The notes beneath the pieces are model-generated. The model had not been told where the DNA came from. It did not search any database and worked only from the letters and a program-made list of their open reading frames with translations. The position numbers and the translations under genes were made by a program. A DNA stretch of 64,000 nt from an uncultured Solirubrobacterales bacterium. GTDB taxonomy: Bacteria; Actinomycetota; Thermoleophilia; Solirubrobacterales; Solirubrobacteraceae. Each line of letters opens with the position of its first letter. The stretch's first letter is position 1. The stretch covers positions 7,234 to 71,233 of the forward strand of contig CAVUNX010000010.1 of assembly GCA_963742945.1 (NCBI GenBank). Direction: 5' to 3'. This document shows, in pieces, positions 52,618 through 63,200 of the stretch.

Positions 52618-52826
52618 CCGGCCAGTTGTGCCGACTCACCGAGCAAGCCAAGATCTGGCGCAATGATGCCTGACACACAACCCTGCGACAGGAACGATGC
52701 CTCACCAAGGCGTCCTTACGCTACGCAAGCAGAATCCTTCGTGGCCATTCAAGGCGGTGGTTACATGACTACCCGACGCGTAAGGCCAAGGAAACGCACA
52801 ACCGGTCCGCAGAGAACGGCTGAGAC

Positions 52827-53279
52827 ATGACTGCCGTGACCCTCGACTCGCCGATGAGCGCGGATACTGCACATACATCTCACGGGTCACGCTGGCCACA
52901 GTCAGACGAGGACATGTACGTAGCGGTCACAAGGGCGTGGTGTCGAACTTTTTCTCACGAGGAACCTCGCAGACACGCATTGGGACGGTATGTGTTGGGT
53001 CGCGACTTCGTCAGGTCAGTTCGTGGCGCACCTATTGATGGTCTACTCGTAGCGTCGGTCTGCGCGCAGCTTGCTTGTCGGCATATGTGGCAGCGAGACG
53101 TCGGCGAGTCACTGCCTCTCGATGACCCTCCGCATGAAGCGCTCGATCAAGCCGCTGCGTGGTGGCTTGGGCTTGGCGGACCCGATGGTTTTGGCGTCCA
53201 TTACGTGGAACTGGGAAATGGCATCATCGAATTCCTGTCGGTGGCCTACCGAAACGAACGACCTCGCACTGGTGGCTAA
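52827..53279 (+). CDS. Hypothetical protein, possibly degenerate RelE/ParE-like fold
   Basis: 'YVLGRDFVRSV ... AWWL ... VHYVELGNGIIEFLSVAY' follows the RelE beta-alpha-alpha-beta-beta-beta pattern. Recognised by eye only. Confidence 0.45.
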   Translation: MTAVTLDSPMSADTAHTSHGSRWPQSDEDMYVAVTRAWCRTFSHEEPRRHALGRYVLGRDFVRSVRGAPIDGLLVASVCAQLACRHMWQRDVGESLPLDDPPHEALDQAAAWWLGLGGPDGFGVHYVELGNGIIEFLSVAYRNERPRTGG

Positions 53280-53296
53280 CCGATGAGTATTCACGA

Positions 53297-54151
53297 ATGA
53301 CTCAACGAATCGATCCGAGGCTGCCGGACGAAGAGTCGTGGAGCGTGCCCAATCTGCGAGAGCCGCGTTACTCCCAATCCCTTGTGCGTGGCCTCGCTAT
53401 TCTCGGCTGCTTCACACCTCAGCACCCGATACTTGGAATTGCTGACGTGGCCGATGGCCTTGGCATGAGCCGTTCGACAAGCCACCGATACATGATAACG
53501 CTTGTCGCGCTTGGGTTTCTAAAGCAGGGAGCAAGTCGAAAGTACAGGCTTGGACTGCGGGTGACAAATCTGGGGATGTCGGCATTGAGCTCGACAGGTT
53601 TGCGCGAGCATTCGAGTCCCTACCTCGAGGAGCTGCGCCACCGATGTACCTACACCGTTAGTCTCGCAGTTCTCGACGGTCACCAGATCCTGTATGTGGA
53701 TCGTGCCCGCAGCTTCCGTCGCGGCCAGCACAAGATCGATCTTAACCTGCGTCCGGGTTCGCACCTGCCCGCTTATTGCACATCACTGGGCAAGGTGTTG
53801 CTCGCCAATCTACCCGAAGCCGAGCAGCGTGACTTGATTGAGGACGTGACTCTGGAGCGGCGTGGCCCCAACTCGATCACAAGCAAAAAGGCGCTGTGCA
53901 CCGAGCTGGAACAAATACTCGATAAGGGGATGGCCGTCAACGACGAAGAGCTCGCGGAAGGCCTTATCTCGATCGCGGTTCCCGTACGTAGCGAAGGTGG
54001 CGAGGTCGTCGCTGCAATCAACATGGCGGCTCACACGGACATGATTCGTCTTGAGGACTTGATAGGTCAACTTGGCTCGTATCTAGTCGCAACAGCAGGC
54101 AACATTTCGGCCCGTCTTGGATATCGACGGAACGACGAGGTGGACCTGTGA
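53297..54151 (+). CDS. IclR-family transcriptional regulator
   Basis: 'SQSLVRGLAIL', HTH 'GMSRSTSHRY', 'PAYCTSLGKVLLA', 'EELAEGLISIAVP'. Confidence 0.93.
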   Translation: MTQRIDPRLPDEESWSVPNLREPRYSQSLVRGLAILGCFTPQHPILGIADVADGLGMSRSTSHRYMITLVALGFLKQGASRKYRLGLRVTNLGMSALSSTGLREHSSPYLEELRHRCTYTVSLAVLDGHQILYVDRARSFRRGQHKIDLNLRPGSHLPAYCTSLGKVLLANLPEAEQRDLIEDVTLERRGPNSITSKKALCTELEQILDKGMAVNDEELAEGLISIAVPVRSEGGEVVAAINMAAHTDMIRLEDLIGQLGSYLVATAGNISARLGYRRNDEVDL

Positions 54152-54282
54152 AAGAATATAGTAATTCAGATAACACGGTTTACACAAATGATCAGAATAA
54201 CGGCGAATAAGAAACACCATAGAATTTTCCGGGATCGCTCGCATATATTGCGTTAGGTCGGATCTACAGAAAGGTCGGGGGG

Positions 54283-57200
54283 ATGAGAGTAGCTTTGCGG
54301 ATGCTGGTCGTGTGTGTGGCGTGTGCCGTGCTATTGGTGATCGGCTCAGCTGGCTACGTTGGCTTAGCAGCGCCTTCGGTCGGACGCGCTTCTAAAGCGT
54401 TGGTACTGAAGTCTCAGACATCTAAGCATCCCCGCCGGTCGAAGCACAGACGTCGTTACAGGCGACATAAGGTAGAACGCCATGTACATCGTAGGCGGCG
54501 GGTCTCTTCCCATCGGCCGCCGATAGTTCCGAGATCAAAGCGTGCCCATGCCTCTTTGGGCCCCGTGGTGCAGATTGGAGCTGAGGTGCTGTCTGGTAGC
54601 GAAGCAACTCCTCCAGCGGGTTCTACGGAAACATCGAGTCCCTCGAACATTTCGGCCCGTGAAGAGTCGAGCACGGCGTACGAAGGGTTGAGCCCATTGG
54701 CTGCTGAAACGGCGATGCAGGAAAAGTTTCCGGCGATAGTCGAGAATGAGGACGGCGGACCGCCGCCGCTGGCCGAAGGTCAGAGGACGATCGGATTCCC
54801 CAGCGACTTTGCGATGTCGGTAGATCTCGGTGGAGGCACCCATGCCCTGGTGGAATCCCACGCGCCGCTTGCGCTTGAATCTGACGAAGGCAAGCGTACG
54901 CCGCTTGACCTGAGCCTGCGGGAAGTCCAGGGAGGCTTTGAACCTACGGTTGGGCTTGCTGCTATACGTCTACCGCTGCGTGCGAGCGAAGGTGCGAGTC
55001 TGACGGACAGTGGCGTGTCGTTGACTCCCGTAACAGAAAAGGGTTCTGCCCTGGGGGGCGCTAACGGTGTGCGCGATCATGCGAGTGTCTTCTACGGAGA
55101 CACCGAAAGCGCCTCCGCGGGGACCCAAGACCTAAGCATGTTGGCAAAGCCGACTACGTATGGGTTTGAGATGTTCTCCACGCTTTTCTCGGCGCGCTCG
55201 CCGGAACATCTCTATTTCAAGGTTGGCTTGCCGGAAGGCGCGACCCTTGAACAGGGTCGGCCTGGGGAAGCCCTCATCATGAATGCAGGCAAAGCGCTCT
55301 CGGTTGTGTTAGCTTCCAGCGCTAGCGATGCCGACGGAACAGCGGTTCCGGTTGTCATGAGTATCGCGTCGAGCGACACAATTGAGTTGACTGTTGCCAG
55401 GAAGCCCGGCCAGTATCGCTATCCCCTCGTTGTTGATCCAACTTTGGAAGACTTAACTCTTATGACATATCAGGATGCGGCGTGGGTTCCTGCGTCTTCA
55501 AACCCTAGCCTATTCAATGACGGTGAATGGGGTAGTGATATTGAGCTGTTTCCTCTGAGTACATATCCAGCCAACCAATTCGTTGCCTGGCAGTATGAAA
55601 CCCAGGGTAAATCCAAAATCTGGTTCTTCGAAGCCGAATCAGCCGAGGTGGATCTTTATAGCGAATCGGAGACGCTTCTTGAGGCCTGGGCGCCCAGTGG
55701 CATCCGCGCAAACTCGCTATTGCTGGACAACAACACTAACAAACCTCTCGGATCCAACGCAATTTGCGCAATCGAATCCATCGTCTGTGTGGGAACGCAG
55801 GGTGCGAACAAAAACATGGTGCGGTTCGTGAAATACATACTGGCTGCCGGGGGTGGTTACGGTGCATTTGATGATGCACTCTATAAAGCGCGCGTGTGGA
55901 TATCTCAAGAAGAATCGCCGACCGTCACTTTCAATACGACTTCGCCGACGATCGAAGTAAAAGAACCGAATGGCACGATCGTCAACCGTAACAACGTCCT
56001 GTATCCCAGCAATAAAGAATGGATCGGGCCGTTCACGAGCACGGCGTTCGAAATGACCGCCAAAGACCCCGGGATCGGGGTGAGTTTTGCGGAAGTGGAT
56101 GGCAATACTTGGTCGCGCGAGACGTTCTTGCTAACGACCGAAAAAGATTGCAAAGGCGTGCAATGCCCGCAGGAATTCAAAGGGAAGTACACGTATTTCA
56201 CGACGACGCCCGGTTTCACCTCGCCGATGCCAAGTGGCGAATACTCGATCCAGGGCCGCGCGGAAGACCCCCTGGCTCTAGCGGGGGAAACGCACGCGAC
56301 GGTTCGAGTTGACGCCTTAGGGCCTCAAGCGATCAAAATTACGAACCTGCCAGCAGGCGGTCAGATCGGCGAAGGCGTATACAAAATCAAAGTCGAAGCG
56401 ACAGACGGGAAAACCGGCGAACCGAGCTCAGGCATAGCGTCGCTCAAGCTCGGGATCGACGGTGCGGAAGCCGCTGAACCCTTAGGTTCGTGTGCGAAAG
56501 GACCGTGTACGGTGACGGCCGAATGGACGATCAACGGCGGGCAACTTAGTGCCGGACCACACGTTCTGACGGTGCTCGCGACCGACAACGCGGGCAACGT
56601 CGAACACCAGAACTTCACGATCTTTGTCCATCACGCTTCGCCTATGGCGGTTGGCCCCGGCTCGCTCGATCCACAATCGGGTAACTATAGTCTCGGAGCA
56701 ACCGATGTTTCGCTGGGTCCGGGTTTGACTGTCTCTCGTACCTACAGCTCACGCGACCTCACCGCCGGTATTGAAGGCTCGCTGGGTCCGCAATGGGGGA
56801 TAAGCGTCGGTGGGAGCAGCGAATCTGTCGAAGAATTGCCAGACGGCAGTATGGTTTTGAGCTCCGCCAACGGTGGAGAAACAGTGTTCTCTCGCAACTC
56901 CAAAGGTGAATTTGAATCCCCGGCTGGCGATACAAACCTCACCCTGGCGGTTCAAGAAAACACCGACAAACTACCTATCGCTTATAGTCTAAAGAACCTT
57001 GCCACCGGGACGGTGACCAAGTTCACCCGTTCGACTGGATACCTTCAGTCAACTCCAATCTACTACGGTCAGATCGACTGGCAGGGGCCGAGCACGGGCC
57101 AGCTCGTTGTCCCGACCGGCGTGACGGCCGACGCGAAGGGTGACGTCTGGGTTCTTGACCAAAGGAGTAGCCGCGTCGAGAAGTTCAACCCGCAGGGTGA

Positions 57201-60200
57201 ATATGTCTCACAGTTCGGATACGAAAGCACGGGGGTAGGCGGGTTCAAACAACCAGATAGTATCGCCGTCGATTCCAAAGGAAATCTGTGGATCGCCGAC
57301 ACCGGCAACAACCGCATCGAGGAGTTCACAGAAGGCGGAACTTATCTTCGCAAGGCCGGGACCGAAGGGACGGGTACGCTCAAATCTCCGCAAGGGATCG
57401 CCACAGACGCTAGCAACAACGTGTGGGTTACGGACACGGGCGATAACCGTGTAGTCGAGTTCAACGAAACGGGTGGGTACGTGCGAGAAGCCGCCAAAAC
57501 GGTCGGTACGCTCGCGCTGTCTGAACCGATAGGGGTCGCAACCGACAAATCGGGGAACGCTTGGGCGACGGACGCAAAAAACCATCGTGTCGTCGAGTTC
57601 GGACCGACCGGTTCTGCCGTCAAAGAATTCGGGTCGTCGGGAAGCGAAAACGGCAAAGTCGAAAAGCCAACCGGGATTGCCACCGACTCCGAAGGCAACA
57701 TGTGGGTCGCCGATAGCGTCCTCAACCGTGTTCAGGAGTTCAACACTAAAGGCGAATACCTCACCAAAGTCGGTAGCACTGGCTCCGGTCCCGGTCAACT
57801 AAAGAAACCAGATTTCGTTGCTATCGACGGACGCGGCGAGTTGCTTGTAGCGGACATAGAAAACGCTCGCGTTGGCCGCTGGGCCCACTCGGTATGGACG
57901 CCGTCTACATCTGAAGGACCTGTGACAACAAGCGCGGTCACGTACACGTACAAGACCGTGTTGATCAAAGGCGGTACCGTTACGCACCCGACAGAAGTCG
58001 TGGCGCCGCATCCCGCGGAACTATCGTGTGCGCCGACCGTCAACAAGGGTTGCCGTGTCCTTCGTTTGAAGTACGCCGAAACAACCACGGCAAGCGGCGA
58101 AAACGAATCCCAATGGAAAGACTACGAAGGCCGGTTGAAGGAAGTCCTCTTCGTTGCCTGGAACCCGACCACGACAAAAGTCGAAGAAAAGGCGATCGCG
58201 CAGTATGCGTATGACACGCAGGGGAGATTGCGCGCGGAGTGGGACCCGCGTATCAGCCCAGCGCTGAAGACCGTCTACGGGTACGACTCCCCCGAAGGGC
58301 ACATTACAGCTATCTCGCCACCCGGCCAGGAGCCTTGGCTCCTGCATTATGGGACGATCCCGACCGACGCTAGTGCGGGTCGGTTGTTGTCGGTTACACG
58401 TCCGGCGGCAGCAACAGAACTCGGTAGTTGGCTCGCCCCGGCGAACACCGCGCTACCGACGCTGTCGACGAGCACGCCCGCAGTCGGTGTCAGGATCAGC
58501 GTGTCCTCAAACGGCACATGGAGCAACACACCGCTCGCCTACAGCTACCAGTGGGAGGATTGCAATTCCTTGGGGCTCGAATGCGTCGCGATCCCAGGAG
58601 CAGTCAACGAAGGCTACTACCCAGCTTTGAGCGATGAAAAACGCAAGCTCGTAGCCCTGGTGACCGCCGTCAACGCCGGTGGCAGCACGACGATCGCGAC
58701 GACGGCCACAGGTCTCGTCGGCGCAGGCACCCCCAACAATCCGGCACCAGAACCTCCTAACCCAGGAACGGCTCAGCTGACGACCATAGAGTATGCAGTG
58801 CCACTCTCCGGCACGGGCCTACAGAACCTGACGGCCGCAGAAGTCAAAAAGTGGGGCCAGGTAGATGTGCCCGTCGAAGGGACCGCTGTGTTCCCGCCGG
58901 ATACGCCCATGGGCTGGCCAGCGAAGGAATATACGCGTGCCACGTTCTCCTACTTCGACGCGGAAGGCCACACCGTTAACAGTGTGAACTCGAGCGGCGG
59001 AGTCTCTACAGCCGAATACGGGCCGACCAATAACGTCGTCCGGACCTTGGGCGCCGACAACCGCGCATTAGCACTCGCTGAAGGTGAAAAATCGGTGGAT
59101 GTAGCCGAAAAACTAGACAGTCGTAAGGTTTACAATCCAGAAGGGGATGAGCTGCTCGAAACGCTTGGGCCTGAACACAAAGTTAAGCTTTCGAGCAGCG
59201 AAGTTCAAGCCCGTCACCGTATTAGGTACTCCTACGACCAGAACGCGCCTGCGGAAAAAGAATACCGGCTGGTCACGGAAACAGTGTCCTCTGCGCTTGT
59301 CGCCGGTAAAGAGAAGGACCAGAAAATTACACAAAGTCGCTACTTTGGACAAAACGGTCTCGGTTGGACGTTGCGTAAGCCGACATCGGTGACAGTTGAT
59401 CCTTACGGTCTAAGACTAACGACGATGACACTGTATGATCCAAAAACTGGGGCTGTGATCGAAACCGGAACGACTAAAGGAATCACACAAGATGAAATCA
59501 GTGACAGGCCAACCTACGTCAGCTCCTTCGGCTCTTACGGGACTGGTAACGGTCAACTGCGCGAACCCGAGGGTGGTCTAGTCACTGACGCGGCGGGGAA
59601 CGTGTGGGTCTCGGATACCGAGAATAGCCGTCTTGAGGAGTTCAACAACAAAGGCGAATTCATACGCACAGCGGGCTCTGTAGGGGAAGGTGCCGGTCAG
59701 TTCAGAACGACGCTTGGGGTGGCGGTCGATGCCAGCGGGAATGTGTGGGCGACTGACGAGGGCAACAACCGTGTCGAGGAGTTCACCAGCGAAGGTGTGT
59801 TCATCAAGACATTCGGCTGGGGGGTCTCCAACGGCGAAGCCAAATTCCAGACATGCACTGCCTCGTGTCGTGCAGGGCTCCCGGGGTCCGGCAACGGCGA
59901 GTTCAATGTGCCCGAAGGCATAGCGGTCGACACGAAAGGTAACATCTTCATCGCTGATCGCGGCAACCACCGTGTCCAGGAGTTCAACTCTGGGATCGCG
60001 TGGGTGCGGAACATGTCGCAACCCAAAGAAAAAGAAGGTCCGTTCTATCTGGCCTTGGACTCAAGCGGCAACATTTGGGTCGCGTATTCGTGGGATAACA
60101 AGATTGGCGAGTTCTCAAACGAAGGAGTACTCCTCCGCATCTGGGGTACAGGGGGTTCAGGGCCAGGCCAGCTATCGGACCCGTACGGTGTTTCGCCCGG

Positions 60201-63200
60201 ACCGGAAGGCAACATTTGGGTGTCCGAATACGGCAATAATCGGGTGCAAGTCTTCACGCCGAGCGGAGAATATGTCTATGGATTTGGGGAACAAGGTTCT
60301 GGGCCTGGCCAGTTCAATCAGGCACCACATGGACTTACTTTCTCTGGCTCAAACGTATACGTACTCGACAGCGGCATATGGTGGGAAAATAGCGGGAATA
60401 GCCGCGTCGAGAAGTGGTCGATGACGGCCGTTAGTCCGTTGGCAGAAACCACGATAGGGACCAACGTCACGCAAACCGAAGTGACACTCAACGGAGTGGT
60501 GAACCCAAACGGCTCAACCACCAAATATTATTTCGAATACGGGACAGCGTCATATGGAACAAGGACATCCGAAACGACCGCGGGCTCGGGTACAACCAAC
60601 GTCAAAGTGAGCTTAACAATTACCGGTCTTGCGCCTGGTGCCTATCATTTTCGCATCGTCGCATCTAGCTCTGCAGGAACAACCTATGGTGAAGACGTAA
60701 CGTTCGCTACGCCGCCGGTCTATTCCAGCTCCTTCGGCTCTTACGGGACTGGTAACGGTCAACTGCGCGAACCCGAGGGTGGTCTAGTCACTGACGCGGC
60801 GGGGAACGTGTGGGTCTCGGATACCGAGAATAGCCGTCTTGAGGAGTTCAACAACAAAGGCGAATTCATACGCACAGCGGGCTCTGTAGGGGAAGGTGCC
60901 GGTCAGTTCAGAACGACGCTTGGGGTGGCGGTCGATGCCAGCGGGAATGTGTGGGCGACTGACGAGGGCAACAACCGTGTCGAGGAGTTCACCAGCGAAG
61001 GTGTGTTCATCAAGACATTCGGCTGGGGGGTCTCCAACGGCGAAGCCAAATTCCAGACATGCACTGCCTCGTGTCGTGCAGGGCTCCCGGGGTCCGGCAA
61101 CGGCGAGTTCAATGTGCCCGAAGGCATAGCGGTCGACACGAAAGGTAACATCTTCATCGCTGATCGCGGCAACCTTCGCGTGCAGGAGTTCAACTCGTCG
61201 CTCGCGTGGGTTCGCAACATTGCTCAAGCCGAAGAAGAAGAAGGTCCATTCTACCTGAACATCGATCCGAAAACTGGCAACCTATGGGTCGCGTACTCGT
61301 GGGATAACAAGATCGGCGAGTTCACCAACGAAGGCATGCTGATCAAAATGTGGGGAACCGCTGGCTCGGGACCCGGAGAACTGTTAGACCCGTACGGAGT
61401 TGTCGTTGGACCTGAAGGCAATATCTGGATATCGGAATACGGCAATAACCGTGTGCAGGTATTTACACAGAACGGTACGTTTCTCTACGGGTTTGGTGCG
61501 AAAGGCAGTGGCGCAGGTCAGTTCAACCAGGCACCGCACGGTCTAGCGTTTGCGGGTTCTACTGTCTACGTGCTCGACAGCGGCATATGGTGGGAAAACA
61601 CGGGGAATAGTCGTGTCGAGAAGTGGAACGTCAACCCAGAATTCGCAAGTACAGGGAACGCTCACGACCATCAGGTGATCTACTACTCCGGGGCGGCGAA
61701 CTCGACATATCCGGCGTGCGGTGGGCACGTCGAGTGGGAAGGGATGCCGTGCGAGACCCTACCTGATGCCCAGCCCGGAGGCTCGGCACCGGCGCTTCCT
61801 GTTACTACGGTCAGTGCATACAATATGTGGGGAGAGCCGGAAACCATCGAAGAAACGTTCGGGTCGACGACTCGATCCAAGAAAACAAAATTCGACGACG
61901 CTGGCCGACCGGAATCAACAGAAGAGACCTCGACCGCCGGCACTGCACTGCCGAAGGTCACAGACGGTTACAGCGAAACCAGTGGCCAGCTCACTAAACA
62001 GAGTACTACCATTGGCGAAGAAACACAGACGATCACCAGCGCATTCGACCGTTTGGGAATGCTTACGAGCTACACGGACGCGGATAAAAAGACGACGACC
62101 TACGAATACGAATTAAGCGGCGACGGACGCCTGGTGACTGTTACCGACGAAAAGGGTAGCCAGTCCTACGCGTACGACCCAACGACAGGCGAGATGACCA
62201 AACTCCTGGACTCAGCGGCAGGCACGTTCACGGCGAACTACGATGCGGAACGCCAGTTGACAAGTGAGACTTACCCAAACGGCATGACCGCCGCATACAC
62301 GCGGGACCAATCAGGCAAGACGACGGGCGTCGAATACGTCAAGACAACGCACTGCACCGAAAAATGCGTGTGGTTCAGCGAAACTGTGGCCTCGGCGATT
62401 GGCGGTGAAACCCTGTCGCGCTCCAACACGCTCACAAACGACGCCTACATCTATGACCCAGCGAACCGTCTTACGCAAACGACGGAAACCCCTGCCGGTA
62501 AAGGCTGCACGACCCGTATCTACGCGTACGACGAAGAATCCAACCGGACGGGCCTAACAACGCGCGCACCCGGTCTTGAAGGTAAATGCGCGACCGAAGG
62601 CGGGACTACCGAAACGCACACATACGACACCGGCAACAGACTAATAGACGCTGGTGTGACCTACGACCCGTTCGGCGACACGACAAAACTGCCGGCAGCT
62701 GACGCGGGTGGGTTCGAACTGACGAGCGAATACTACGTTGACGGACAGGTACTGAAGCAGATTCAGAACGGACAGACCAACAAATATTTCATCGACCCCG
62801 CGGGACGCGTCCGCAAGACCGTGCGCGAAGGAACCACTAACCTGACTACGATCGACCACTACGGCGGGGGTGGAGAAGCACTCACGTGGACGGATGAAGG
62901 TGAAGGCAAATACACTCGCATGATTCCTGGCATCGACGGCAGCCTGAGCGCGATACAGGTCAACGGTGGAGCTCCCGTCCTGCAACTTCACGACTTGCAG
63001 GGCGATGTCGTCGGTACTGCTGCACTTTCCGAAACCGAAACGAAACTACTCTCGACGTACAACAGCACGGAGTTCGGTGTCCAGGTAAACGGGCCTCCGC
63101 CGACCAAATACTCGTGGCTCGGGGATGAAGGAGTGTCAAGCGAACTGTCATCTGGGACTCTGATCATGGGAACCGTCACCTACGTACCACAGCTTGGCCG

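Noticed and set aside
59520-61174. Repeat pair as a DGR template/variable repeat
   Set aside because: The copies are identical and then differ at all base types rather than adenine-specifically, and there is no reverse transcriptase in the window.
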